DNA of 64,000 nt from Candidatus Heimdallarchaeum aukensis (lineage in GTDB: Archaea > Asgardarchaeota > Heimdallarchaeia > Heimdallarchaeales > Heimdallarchaeaceae), in the NCBI GenBank assembly GCA_021513695.1, contig CP084166.1, forward strand, positions 800,001 through 864,000, written 5' to 3'. The notes beneath the pieces are model-generated. The model was not told the origin of the DNA and did not search any database. It worked only from the letters and a program-made list of their open reading frames with translations. Shown here piece after piece: positions 47,065 through 57,896 of the stretch (within the stretch, counting starts at the first letter, position 1; each line of letters starts with the position of its first letter). Made by a program: the position numbers and the translations under genes.

Positions 47065-48384
47065 GTGATATTAATTAAAAAATTAATGTTTGTTATCGGA
47101 ACAAGGCCAGAAATTATAAAAATGGCACCTTTAATTAGAGAAGGATTAACCCGTTATTCTCAAATATATTTAGTTCATACGGGCCAACATTATGATCATA
47201 ATATGAGTCAAACCTTTTTTAAATCTCTGAATTTACCGCCACCAACTTATAATCTTGAAGTTGGCAGTGGTTCCCATGCATATCAATTATCTGAAATAAT
47301 AATAAAACTTGAAAAACTGATATTCAAGATTCAACCAGATATAGTTTTTGCTCAAGGAGATACTAATTCGGTTGCGGCAACAGCTCTTGTATGTGGAAAG
47401 ATCAATGTACCATTTGCACATGTGGAAGCTGGTATAAGAAGTTTTGATATGACAATGCCTGAAGAAATAAATCGAAAAATAGCTGCAGTAACGGCAAATT
47501 ACCATTTTGCTCCAACTAAACAAGCAGTAATTAATCTGTTAACGGAAGGAGTAAACCATAATAGGATTTTTCTTACAGGAAATACAATTGTTGATGCTAC
47601 ATTACAACACATAGAAATTGCTGAAAAAATAAAGAATAAGGATATTGAAGACATATTTAACTTCTTAGATGGTAGTGATTTCATTTTATGTACTCTCCAT
47701 AGACAATCAAATGTTAATAATAAAGAATCCTTGAAGGAAATTCTAAGAGCTTTTCAGATCTTACAAAAAAGAGGAATCAAAATAATCTTTCCATGTCATC
47801 CAAGAACAATTAAACAAATTAAAAAACTAAATCTCGATAAAGAATTCAAGAAACTTACTAATCTTTATTTATGTGACCCTTTAGATTACCTTTCTTTCAT
47901 TAAATTAATAAAAGAATGTTCTCTAATACTAACTGATTCTGGTGGAATACAAGAGGAAGCTGCAACTTTAAAAAAGAAATGTGTAACATTGCGCACAAAC
48001 ACTGAAAGACCAGAAACAATAGAAATTGGATTAAATGTATTATCAAAAACAATAGCAGAAGATATTATTGCAAATATCGATTTACAATTGAGTAAAGATA
48101 TTTCAAAAATAAAAAATTATAAGAATCCTTATGGTGATGGGACTGCTTCAAAAAAAATTTTAGATATAATTGAAGAAAGAAGAGATTTAAGCAAATATTA
48201 TCCTCCCAATTTAGAAGAAGTAGGATCTTATAAGGTAAGACTACATACTGTAACAAAAAGCATGTCAAATGAAGATTTTGAGAAAAATTATGGACAAATA
48301 TTGATGATATTTAACAAAGAAGGAGATGCAATTCTTCTTCCAGAGGTAGTAAAAGAAGGTTATTCAATAATTTATCTAGCTTAA
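47065..48384 (+). CDS. wecB: UDP-N-acetylglucosamine 2-epimerase (non-hydrolysing) with a ~70-aa C-terminal extension
   Basis: FVIGTRPEIIKMAPLI...HTGQHYD signature. 439 aa vs ~360 typical. Confidence 0.8.
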   Translation: MILIKKLMFVIGTRPEIIKMAPLIREGLTRYSQIYLVHTGQHYDHNMSQTFFKSLNLPPPTYNLEVGSGSHAYQLSEIIIKLEKLIFKIQPDIVFAQGDTNSVAATALVCGKINVPFAHVEAGIRSFDMTMPEEINRKIAAVTANYHFAPTKQAVINLLTEGVNHNRIFLTGNTIVDATLQHIEIAEKIKNKDIEDIFNFLDGSDFILCTLHRQSNVNNKESLKEILRAFQILQKRGIKIIFPCHPRTIKQIKKLNLDKEFKKLTNLYLCDPLDYLSFIKLIKECSLILTDSGGIQEEAATLKKKCVTLRTNTERPETIEIGLNVLSKTIAEDIIANIDLQLSKDISKIKNYKNPYGDGTASKKILDIIEERRDLSKYYPPNLEEVGSYKVRLHTVTKSMSNEDFEKNYGQILMIFNKEGDAILLPEVVKEGYSIIYLA

Positions 48385-48519
48385 TATATCTTTTTTTTGT
48401 CACTAACACATTCAATCACTTTTCTCAAAAATTATTGATGATTTTCATATTGTATCATCAAAAAACTTAAAATGCAAACTGTAAAGATATGATGGACATT
48501 AATAAAAATTGGTGATTTA

Positions 48520-49440
48520 ATGAAGATATTGGTAACTGGAGGACTTGGATTTATTGGAACAAATTTGTCAAAAGAATTACGCTCAAGAGGACATGACGTT
48601 ATCACAGCAGATATTTATCACTCTAAAGAATCAAAAAAAAGCCATATTAGGTGTGATATAGGCGAATATAGACAAATTGAAAGAATTTTTAAAGAACATG
48701 AAATTGATTTTGTATATAATTTAGCTGCTGAATATGGTCGTTGGAATGGAGAGGATTATTATGAACAACTGTGGAGAACAAACGTAGTAGGACTAAAAAA
48801 TATACTAAGACTTCAAAATGAATATAATTTTAGGTTAGTGCATTTCAGTAGTGCTGAAGTTTATGGAGACTATCGAGATGTCATGACTGAAGATGTAATG
48901 GATAAAGTTCCAATTAAACAAATGAATGATTATGCCATCTCAAAATGGGCAAACGAATTACAGTGTTTAAATGCAGCAGAAATGCACGGTAATGAAATAG
49001 TGCGGATTCGCCCAGTTAATTGTTATGGACCCCATGAAGAATATAGCCCTTATAGAGGTGTTATTCCAATATTAGTATATAGCGCTTTATTTAAGCAACC
49101 AGCTGTAGTATATAGCAAGCATAAAAGAATTTTTGATTATGTTTCAGACACAGTAAGAACCGTAGCTAATATAGTTGAAAACTTTATCCCTGGCGAAGTC
49201 TATAACATTGCAGCCAAGAAAGAAGTTACAATTAAGTATGTTTCTGATTTAATCCTTGAAGCAGTCGGTACTGACGACTCTCATATTACTTATAAAGAAG
49301 AAGAACCGTTTACAACTAAAGCTAAGAAAATCGATTGCTCAAAAGCTTATAAAGATCTAAATCATAGAATAGATGTACCAATTGAAAAAGGGATTCCTAT
49401 GTATGTTGATTGGATGAAGAAACATTATTCTATTAAATAA
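48520..49440 (+). CDS. NAD-dependent epimerase/dehydratase (SDR)
   Basis: TGGLGFIGTNL, YAISK. Confidence 0.8.
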   Translation: MKILVTGGLGFIGTNLSKELRSRGHDVITADIYHSKESKKSHIRCDIGEYRQIERIFKEHEIDFVYNLAAEYGRWNGEDYYEQLWRTNVVGLKNILRLQNEYNFRLVHFSSAEVYGDYRDVMTEDVMDKVPIKQMNDYAISKWANELQCLNAAEMHGNEIVRIRPVNCYGPHEEYSPYRGVIPILVYSALFKQPAVVYSKHKRIFDYVSDTVRTVANIVENFIPGEVYNIAAKKEVTIKYVSDLILEAVGTDDSHITYKEEEPFTTKAKKIDCSKAYKDLNHRIDVPIEKGIPMYVDWMKKHYSIK

Positions 49441-49453
49441 TACGTTAACGAGA

Positions 49454-50509
49454 GTGATTTCAATGGAAAAATACTTGGAGAGCTATAAAGATAAAAAAAT
49501 ATTAGTAACAGGAGGAGCAGGAGCCGTCGGTTCGTTTTTAGTGAAAAAATTACTAGAACTAGGTTCGTTTGTTATTGTTTTAGATAATCTCTCTTCTGGA
49601 TATGTATGGAATCTGCCTAATGATGGAAATTTATTATTTATTGAAGGTGATGTAACAAATGATATAGATCTTAAAAGAGTATTTAGTGAAGAACCAGAAA
49701 TAATTTTCCATCTAGCTGCATTTTTTGCAAATCAAAATTCTGTAGATTATCCTGAAACAGATCTAAATACTAACGGATTTGGAACCTTAAAACTGCTTGA
49801 GTATTCAAAAATCTATAATAAACTTAAACGATTCGTTTACGCTTCTTCAGGCTGTTCTATCTATCCTTCAGACGCAGAAATGCCCTATAAAGAAGAACTA
49901 ACTAATATGTATATGACTACACCGTACCAAATAACTAAAATGTTAGGTGAATTATATTGTAATTATTACTGGAAGATTCAAAAAGTTCCAGTTGTAAAGG
50001 CTAGATTCTTCAATTCTTTCGGACCTGGGGAAGTACCTGGACAATATAGAAACGTTATTCCAAATTTTATCTTTTGGGCTAAATTAGGTTTGTCTCTTCC
50101 TATTACAGGAACAGGTGAAGAAACTCGAGATTTTACCTATGTCGGGGATATAGTAGATGGATTATTAAGGATGGGCTATTTTGAAGAAGCAATAGGAGAA
50201 GAGATAAATCTAGCTGCTGGAAGAGAAGTAAAGATTTTGCATCTAGCTGAACTAGTAAATAAACTAGTTGGAAACGAAGCTGGGATTGAATTCAAGCCAA
50301 GACGCAAATGGGATACTAAATTAAGAATGTTAGCTTCTAATGAAAAAGCAAAAAAGATACTAGGATTTAACCCTAATCCGGACTTTGATGGCTGCTTGAA
50401 AAAAACAATCAAATGGTTTGAAGAAAATTGGGAAGATATTAAAAAATCAGCAGATTTTCCACCGGGGATGTCTTCTGCAGTAAGAAATAGGTCTGGAAAA
50501 TCTTCCTAA
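49454..50509 (+). CDS. NAD-dependent epimerase/dehydratase (SDR); ATG at 49463 is the likely start
   Basis: TGGAGAVGSFL, YQITK. Confidence 0.8.
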   Translation: MISMEKYLESYKDKKILVTGGAGAVGSFLVKKLLELGSFVIVLDNLSSGYVWNLPNDGNLLFIEGDVTNDIDLKRVFSEEPEIIFHLAAFFANQNSVDYPETDLNTNGFGTLKLLEYSKIYNKLKRFVYASSGCSIYPSDAEMPYKEELTNMYMTTPYQITKMLGELYCNYYWKIQKVPVVKARFFNSFGPGEVPGQYRNVIPNFIFWAKLGLSLPITGTGEETRDFTYVGDIVDGLLRMGYFEEAIGEEINLAAGREVKILHLAELVNKLVGNEAGIEFKPRRKWDTKLRMLASNEKAKKILGFNPNPDFDGCLKKTIKWFEENWEDIKKSADFPPGMSSAVRNRSGKSS

Positions 50510-51115
50510 TTTATTTTTCTAAAAAATTTAATGTTAAACCTGTCATATTTGTCTACATTAAGGATATAAAATTGAAAAGAAGATATTACTAGGAGAAAAA
50601 TGTAAACGCAATCATGTTCAGTACACTTGTATTTAACAATCTAGTTTTGTAATTATTAAAGGACTTTGTGCAGTCGATCAAGAGTGATAATCACAGTAGT
50701 AGTAAAATCTTTTTCCTTGAAACTATTTTAGGACTCCAATTTATAGTTTATTCTTAAGATCTTATTTGATAGGAGTCAGTTTTACATTACTGTATTGGAT
50801 TAAGAATCTTTAATAGTCGATTACATTGTATTAAATTTAGATTTTCTGCTACTAAACACATACAATACTTTATAAAAATTTGAACTTCTTAATTGTATAC
50901 ACTCAAATTTCATCTTCTCTTTTGTTTCTCTTTTATAATCTTGACTTTAATTAATATATTTAATTAAAGGATTGTTGTTTTTGTTTAGAAATGTAACTTA
51001 AACTTTGGAATTAGGAAACTCATCTTGAATACAGTACAAAAGAATGATTTTTCAAGGGTAAATGATTAATCACAAAAAGACAAAAACTTAAAAATATCTT
51101 GTATATCCTTGCTCA

Positions 51116-53233
51116 ATGAAAATTAACCCTTTAAATAACCCTTTTCACATCATATATCTTTCAATTTCATTCTTAATAATGCTTGATGATATCCTTTTTC
51201 CAACTGCTTTTTCACAGTACTGTTATATTATTGGTTCAACATTCATAATGATATATGTCCTACTAATAGTTTCAAAAATCATTCAACAAAAATATATTAA
51301 TATTATATCAATTATTGTTTTAGAAGTAACTGCCAGTTTATTGAATTCATTAACATTGAAATATTATAGAATGAATGGGTTGATTATTCACAAATTATTT
51401 GAATTTTGGTTTTATCTTCCTCTTATGCTTGGTATGTTTTACATCAGCTATCATATATTACATGAACCTTTTCTCTCTTCAAAGTTTATTTTAGTAGTTA
51501 TATCTATTTTAGCAATATGGTTGAGAGTTTTACCACATATATCTTTTAGTTATCTTGTATTTGGTGATACATATTATCTATATAGTACAACTTTGGTTCA
51601 AGCTAATTTAATTGATTTGGCAAACCCTACCGAGTTATCATATTTTAAAGCGTTTTCAGGATATAATTATATCACAGCATGGCCATTTATGCTTTGGATA
51701 ACTTTTCTTGTAGCCAAAATTGGTTTCCCGCTTGAATTCTTCCTTGGTTATTTTACACCTGTTTTTTGTGGAAGTACAATTCCAGTACTCGGTTACAAAA
51801 TTTCAAAAAAAATCTTTAATGCGGTTTTCAAAAATAAAGATGTAGAGAGATTATCGCTATTTAATGCTTTAATTATATCAACAATTGGAGTAATAATATT
51901 TTTCACATTAGAACTGTCACATTTTGCTTTTGGTCTTGTTATTTTAATATTATCGCTAAAATTAATGCTAGAACCAAAAATTCTTTTAAAAAGCAAGTTT
52001 AAATATTTTTTAATGTTATCATTATCTTTCATCACTATTGTTAACCACGCAATTTTAGCTTTAGTAGACTTAGCAATATCTACAACTTGGATTGGATTAA
52101 TCTTAAAAACCAATACAAAAAATAAAAAAGAAAAATTATTGTTTCTGTTTCTATGGTTATTCAAACTCTTGTTTTTTGTTTTATTTTCATTTTCTTCTAA
52201 ACGATTGATTATCTTAATTAAAGCTTTTAATATAAACCCAAGTTCATTTATGATAACAGCTGTTCCAATAGCTACAATTCTCTTTTCTACTATTTTTTTA
52301 GTATTTATATATTACTTTTCTTCTATTGATATTTACAAAATACTAAATAGAAATATGAAATTTGCACGCTATATTCTAATAATCATCACAACTTTAAGTT
52401 TAATAGTCTATAATTCATTTTTCAATGTCAGAATCGTTGGAACAATGATAAAATTATTTTTTGTAATTGTTATAGGATTAAGCATTCTTTCAAATAATGG
52501 ATTTAAAGAAAAAACTGATGTTTTTACTATGAAATATCTTTTGTTTTCATTATTAGTAATTGGTTTTATTTCTATTGGTATAATATTTTTAGGGGTTATA
52601 GGTGGTAGTGGTATTGGTTTTTTCTTAAGATTTTTTACTATACTTACTATTATATCTGTTCCTATTTTTAGTGAAAAAATGTTCAGCATTTATATGAAAA
52701 ATCTGAAAGGTAAAGTTATAGTTTTATTAGTAACATCAATGATTGTTGTCAACAGTTATCCAATCAGTATGTTACATCCTTTTGATTGGCAATTTAGAGA
52801 TCAAATGTCATATGATTTAACAAATGATGATTTAAATATATTAGATAAGTTTGCAAGCATATACAAAAGTGAAAAAGAAGCAAATATTAATAAATCTATA
52901 ATGGTATTATCACATTATCCTGTAAATTATCAACTAATAAGAAATGGTATTAGTTTTATTGATGGAGATGCATATAAATTTCTGATATATTGGAGTCTTC
53001 AAACCAATGAAAATAATTCCAATAAAGTATATAAGATGATGTACAACCTTTTTAATATCCGCTACATCATATTCAATAAATATATTATAAAAAACCAAGT
53101 TTCTATTGATGAATATCAATTGTTTCTTGAACTTTATAATCTTTCAAATGGTTATAGAAAATTACTAGAAAGTAAAAATCTACTAATTGTGGAGATTATA
53201 CCTTATAGATATTCATATTTTAAACTTTATTAG
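51116..53233 (+). CDS. Large polytopic membrane protein (705 aa), putative glycan polymerase/transferase of the island; not AglB-like
   Basis: At least 15 hydrophobic segments plus a C-terminal soluble domain. No WWDYG motif. Confidence 0.5.
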   Translation: MKINPLNNPFHIIYLSISFLIMLDDILFPTAFSQYCYIIGSTFIMIYVLLIVSKIIQQKYINIISIIVLEVTASLLNSLTLKYYRMNGLIIHKLFEFWFYLPLMLGMFYISYHILHEPFLSSKFILVVISILAIWLRVLPHISFSYLVFGDTYYLYSTTLVQANLIDLANPTELSYFKAFSGYNYITAWPFMLWITFLVAKIGFPLEFFLGYFTPVFCGSTIPVLGYKISKKIFNAVFKNKDVERLSLFNALIISTIGVIIFFTLELSHFAFGLVILILSLKLMLEPKILLKSKFKYFLMLSLSFITIVNHAILALVDLAISTTWIGLILKTNTKNKKEKLLFLFLWLFKLLFFVLFSFSSKRLIILIKAFNINPSSFMITAVPIATILFSTIFLVFIYYFSSIDIYKILNRNMKFARYILIIITTLSLIVYNSFFNVRIVGTMIKLFFVIVIGLSILSNNGFKEKTDVFTMKYLLFSLLVIGFISIGIIFLGVIGGSGIGFFLRFFTILTIISVPIFSEKMFSIYMKNLKGKVIVLLVTSMIVVNSYPISMLHPFDWQFRDQMSYDLTNDDLNILDKFASIYKSEKEANINKSIMVLSHYPVNYQLIRNGISFIDGDAYKFLIYWSLQTNENNSNKVYKMMYNLFNIRYIIFNKYIIKNQVSIDEYQLFLELYNLSNGYRKLLESKNLLIVEIIPYRYSYFKLY

Positions 53234-53255
53234 AAATGAAGGATTGAGTAAGTTT

Positions 53256-54440
53256 ATGAGAATCGCATTTGTAACATTTGAATACCCACCATTTATAATC
53301 GGTGGAGCAGGAATTTATGCAGAAAATTTGACTAAAGAGTTAGCAAAGTTAGGTCATGAAGTTTATGTGTTTACTCCTTCAATTGAAAACGTAAAATGGA
53401 TGCATCATAATGAAGAAATAAAAAATCTACAAATAATAAATGTAAAAATAAATAACAAACTATCATTAAGAGCTCTTCAATTTTGGATACAAGTACCAAA
53501 ATACATCAAAAGAATTGAAAAGAAAAAGAAGTTCGATATAGTACACTTTAATAGTATGTCATATTGGTCTCTTAAAAATAAGTTAGTGAAAGCTCCTCAT
53601 GTAATAACCATTCATCATGTGGTCAGAAATGCCATACAAACAAACAATTTTGGCTTTATCTTTAGAATAAGAAGTATTAGTGGAGAAAATAACTTTATCA
53701 TCCCCTTTATCGAAGAGAGATGTGTTAAAAATGCTGACAGAATTATTGCAGTAAGCAATTTTACAAAAAATCAATTGATTAAAACTTATAGCATCACATC
53801 AAATAAGATTAAAGTAATTTATAATGGAATTAATTGGAATCAATTTGTTTTTACTGAAGATGATTTTGTAAAACTTAAAGAACAATACAATATCCCTAAT
53901 ACCCCTATTATTCTTTTTGTTGGGAGAGTAGATGATCCAAGAAAAGGTTTGGATTTCCTTCTCAAATCATTTAAGAATGTATTGAAAAAGATTAACGCTA
54001 CGTTACTTGTTGTAGGGAAAGAACAAGATGGTACAGCGAGAAAACTTACCGAATCATTAGGGATTTCTAAATCTGTAATTTTTACTGGGTTTATCGATGA
54101 AATGACCTTAAAGAAATGTTATAAACTATGCGATGTGTATGTATGTCCATCAAGGTTGGAAGGATTTGGCTTAACAATTCTGGAAGCAATGACTTTAGGA
54201 AAACCAATTATTGCAACAAGAACAGGAGCAATACCTGAGATAACACCAAATGGTATCTTAGTTAACGTTGATGATATAGAAGGATTATCAAATAGCATTT
54301 ACGAAATTCTTCAAGACAAAAAACAAGCAGAGAGATTAGGAGAACAAAATATAAAATATGTGAAAGAAAGATTTAGTTGGAAAAAAACTGCCAAAAAAAC
54401 AGAACAACTATATAAACAACTGATTGATATCCATTTCTAA
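53256..54440 (+). CDS. Family 4 glycosyltransferase
   Basis: EGFGLTILEAMTLGKPIIAT E-x7-E motif. ATG 53256 chosen; the track start 53187 overlaps the previous gene. Confidence 0.8.
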   Translation: MRIAFVTFEYPPFIIGGAGIYAENLTKELAKLGHEVYVFTPSIENVKWMHHNEEIKNLQIINVKINNKLSLRALQFWIQVPKYIKRIEKKKKFDIVHFNSMSYWSLKNKLVKAPHVITIHHVVRNAIQTNNFGFIFRIRSISGENNFIIPFIEERCVKNADRIIAVSNFTKNQLIKTYSITSNKIKVIYNGINWNQFVFTEDDFVKLKEQYNIPNTPIILFVGRVDDPRKGLDFLLKSFKNVLKKINATLLVVGKEQDGTARKLTESLGISKSVIFTGFIDEMTLKKCYKLCDVYVCPSRLEGFGLTILEAMTLGKPIIATRTGAIPEITPNGILVNVDDIEGLSNSIYEILQDKKQAERLGEQNIKYVKERFSWKKTAKKTEQLYKQLIDIHF

Positions 54441-54585
54441 TAATATATATAAATGACCGAAAAGGTTCAAGGAGGATCATGATATAAGAGTTTCGAACGC
54501 TCTAGTCTCAACGATCTCTTGAAAATAAATGTTAATAAACTATTCTGGATTAAAGAGTAAGGCCATCATCTATATCTTATAAGGT

Positions 54586-54640
54586 TAATAGTTGAACCCA
54601 TGTCTACCCAAGAGCAAAGTTCTACCATTTCTCTCAAAGA
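54586..54640 (+). repeat. Copy B1 (diverged) of the ~60-nt intergenic repeat
   Basis: Shares aacccatgtcta plus flanking similarity with 21689-21752. Confidence 0.35.
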
Positions 54641-54970
54641 AAAGAATAAATAATAAATTTGCAAAAGAACGAATGAAATAACAAGGACAACCTCAACTAT
54701 CCTAACTGACAATAGTTCTTTCTTCTCCTTTGTTATATGAGGAAAATGCACTTTCTCCCATTGGTGTCATACTGAACTATAAAACACGTTAATCTCAAGT
54801 CTCTCATCCGAAACTTGTAGATACTATAAAGATTACATGGTATTATTATTCGTGAGATATAGAAACTAAGTCTAACTTACTGTATTTCCAATCTTTCTTT
54901 CTACTTCCTTATTACAATTTTGGTTTCCTAAACAGTCTATTAACTTCCTAACTTTTGGAGAAAAGTTTTC

Positions 54971-55031
54971 AAACCAACCTATGTTTTTGACACCCAAAAG
55001 TGTAACTCACATCTAGAGAGTGAACAATGGT
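54971..55031 (+). repeat. Copy B2 of the ~60-nt intergenic repeat
   Basis: aaaccaacctatgtttttgacacccaaaagtgtaactcacatctagagagtgaacaa aligns to 21689-21752 (about 28 of 34 identical in the core). Confidence 0.5.
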
Positions 55032-55053
55032 AAGAGTTGAACACTCAAGTGTC

Positions 55054-56196
55054 TCAGATGCAATCTTTGTATATCCTTTCTACTTTTTTTACAACGTTAC
55101 TCCAATCTAAATTCTTTTGAATATATTTTTTTCCTCTTTCGACCAACTCTCTACTTTTTTCAGAATTTTCAAGAACATATTTGATCATTTTCTCTAGGCC
55201 ATTAATATCTCCAAATTTAGTAAAATATCCACAATTAGCTTTCCTGATTATTTCTCCGCAATCATCTGTAACAATGACAGGAGTACCACATAATATTGAT
55301 TCTAATACAGTTATAGCTACTCCACCCATGTATTGAACAGTATGAATATATAAATCTGCATCTACATAGGCTGCTTTTTTATCTATTTCATCTAAATAAC
55401 CAACAAATTTAACTTGTTTACTTACTTTTAATTCAACAGTTAATTTTTCAAGTTTTTCTCTTTCTCCAGAATCTGGTCCTGCAATAACAAAATAAATTTT
55501 TTCATCAGTCTTTTTAGTAAAATTTGCAAATGCTTTTATCATGAAATTTATTCCTTTCAACTTATGTATGCGACCTAAATACAAAATCATTTTTCCATTT
55601 ATATTATATTTTTTCTTAAACTCACCATGTTTTGGTAAGTCATAGATAATATCTAAATCCATTCCATTATATATTAAAGAAATTTTACTTTTTTGTATAT
55701 TCATTTTAATTGCATTTTCCACTTCCTCATTTGAAACAGCAATAAATTTAGACATATCTCGTAGTATTTTATATCCCCAAAAAATATCGAACAACTTCTT
55801 CAATTTTTTATTCCCAATTGTTTGGGGAAGTGAATTATGAGATTGTATTATATATGGAATTCTAAACTTCTTAGAATATCTAGATACTATTATGTTTTGA
55901 TATGACCTTAACTCATGCATATGCACAACATCAAAATCTTTCAAGTGTTTCTTAAGCCAACCTCTCATTTTTGGAGAATATATAAAAAGATTAATGTTAA
56001 AATAGTAATTAAATGATAAGATATTAATTCCTAATTTTTTAAGTGAATTTGCATATTCTTCATCAAAATCAAAAGTTGTGGTGAGCACAGTTACTTCATG
56101 ATTGTTCATTGCTAAATGTTTTGAAAGATTATAACATACATTAACATCTCCACCTTTTTTTGGAGTAAAGTAAGGAATTACTTGAAGAATTTTCAT
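55054..56196 (-). CDS. Family 4 glycosyltransferase
   Basis: GT-B fold with a C-terminal GGVAITVLESILCGTPVIVT motif. Confidence 0.8.
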   Translation of the reverse strand: MKILQVIPYFTPKKGGDVNVCYNLSKHLAMNNHEVTVLTTTFDFDEEYANSLKKLGINILSFNYYFNINLFIYSPKMRGWLKKHLKDFDVVHMHELRSYQNIIVSRYSKKFRIPYIIQSHNSLPQTIGNKKLKKLFDIFWGYKILRDMSKFIAVSNEEVENAIKMNIQKSKISLIYNGMDLDIIYDLPKHGEFKKKYNINGKMILYLGRIHKLKGINFMIKAFANFTKKTDEKIYFVIAGPDSGEREKLEKLTVELKVSKQVKFVGYLDEIDKKAAYVDADLYIHTVQYMGGVAITVLESILCGTPVIVTDDCGEIIRKANCGYFTKFGDINGLEKMIKYVLENSEKSRELVERGKKYIQKNLDWSNVVKKVERIYKDCI

Positions 56197-56484
56197 TTAT
56201 TATAACACACAATTTATCAACATAGTGACCCATATATATTTTTCGTTACAATTTTTTGTATTTCCTTTTTCTTTATTGTTTTCAATTTTAAAATTGATAT
56301 CTGATGTGTGTGAAATATTATTACTTCATTTTAGGTTTTCTAGTTATAAGATAGAGAAGAATGTATGATACTATAATTGCTTATACTGTAACCTACTGAA
56401 GTTTATCAAAAATAGCTATTAGCACAGCTTTTCAAGAACTTTAAAATTGCAAAACTGAATGAATTTGATATCCTCTGCTATCTA

Positions 56485-57864
56485 TTGGAACTAGTTCAGT
56501 ATTATTTAAATAAGGACTATTTTTCTTTTGTATTGATGTCTTTAGATTCAGTGTTCAGTAATATTAAGGATTCAGTATCTGGAAAAAAAGTATCATTTAA
56601 GAGGTACATTTTTAATTTTTTTAATTCAATTATGATAAAAAATGGTATATATATTTTTCTTAGTATTTTTATTTCTTCTCCTCTAGATTTTATTTTCTGG
56701 CTACTTGCAGCGAGATACTATCTTCCTGAAGTAGTTGGAACAAATATGTCTGTAATTGGATTGATTACATTAGTTTCTCTCCTCTCAAGATTTGGTTTAG
56801 AAAATGGTTTAAAAAGGTTCATCCCCAAAGAATCCGATAAAGGTGCTACTAACTTAATAAACTTTAGTATTATCGTTCTTACCTTCATATCTATCCCTTT
56901 TTTTATAATATCAATTCTTAGTATATTATTTCTTATACGCGATTACCCTCAGTGGATTTATTCAATTCAAACCATCAATTTTTTATTTCTCTTATTCATT
57001 TCAATAAATATTGGAAATTTGTTTGATTCTATCTTAATTAGCCGTAGTAGAAGTAAATATACAGTTTGGAGATCGATCCTTGTAGGAATTTCAAAGATTT
57101 CATTCTTACCTCTTTGTTTCAAACTAGGAAATATTGGTATTTTGGTATGTTATAGTGTACCTGTGTTAATTATTTCATTGTTAATGAACTTGATATTCAT
57201 AAAGAAAGTTATTCCAAATTACAAGTTTGTCATAACTTTTAAATTAAAAAATAATGAAATGTTGGTTTATTCTTTTAAACACTGGATTTATCAGATATCT
57301 GCATATCTTAATGACAAAATTCTACCGACAATTGTTCTTTTAAGAATATCTGAAGAATATGCAGCATATTTTTCAATTGGATATATGATTGTTCTTATTT
57401 CATATTTCTTGCCAAAAGCAATTAGCTCTTCATTTCTAGTGGAAGTAGTAAGGAATCCTTCTTCCATAAAACAAAATTTCTTTATGGCAACACTATTTAA
57501 TTGGATAATTTTAGGCTTTGTTCTTGTTCTTTTTAGTGTTTTTGGTAAACTCTTTCTTGGGTTTTTTGGGACAAATTACAAGATTGTTTACCTTTTTACA
57601 GTTATTGGTCTTTTATCATCATTTCCATATGCTTTTAATGAGATGTATTTTAACTATTGTAAAATTAAAAATAAACTGAAAATAGTTATATTCCTAAATA
57701 CACTATATACCATTTTTGTTTTAATAGGATCAGCAATATTATCTCCAATTTATGGATTAGAAGCAATAAGTCTCCTTATGTTAGTAGGTAATATAATGGT
57801 GTCTGTGTCTATATTCTTTTTAGTTAGAAAAGAAATATCTCTATTATTACTCAAAAATTCATAA
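56485..57864 (+). CDS. Polysaccharide biosynthesis flippase (Wzx-like, MOP superfamily)
   Basis: 459 aa with ~14 TM and no soluble domains, located in the glycan cluster. Confidence 0.65.
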   Translation: MELVQYYLNKDYFSFVLMSLDSVFSNIKDSVSGKKVSFKRYIFNFFNSIMIKNGIYIFLSIFISSPLDFIFWLLAARYYLPEVVGTNMSVIGLITLVSLLSRFGLENGLKRFIPKESDKGATNLINFSIIVLTFISIPFFIISILSILFLIRDYPQWIYSIQTINFLFLLFISINIGNLFDSILISRSRSKYTVWRSILVGISKISFLPLCFKLGNIGILVCYSVPVLIISLLMNLIFIKKVIPNYKFVITFKLKNNEMLVYSFKHWIYQISAYLNDKILPTIVLLRISEEYAAYFSIGYMIVLISYFLPKAISSSFLVEVVRNPSSIKQNFFMATLFNWIILGFVLVLFSVFGKLFLGFFGTNYKIVYLFTVIGLLSSFPYAFNEMYFNYCKIKNKLKIVIFLNTLYTIFVLIGSAILSPIYGLEAISLLMLVGNIMVSVSIFFLVRKEISLLLLKNS

Positions 57865-57896
57865 AATTTATGTGAAAAAAATCTGTTACTATTAAT

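Noticed and set aside
54566-54751. 61-aa minus-strand ORF in the spacer between the two repeat copies B1 and B2
   Set aside because: No start context or partner genes, hydrophobic low-complexity sequence; likely a chance ORF in the spacer.
21689-55031. Repeat copies A (21.7 kb) and B2 (55.0 kb) as attL/attR of a 33-kb integrated element
   Set aside because: There is no integrase or other mobile-element gene between them. B2 lies inside the contiguous glycosylation island, and a third diverged copy lies 400 bp from B2. A dispersed small repeat family is more parsimonious, and it is kept as a finding.
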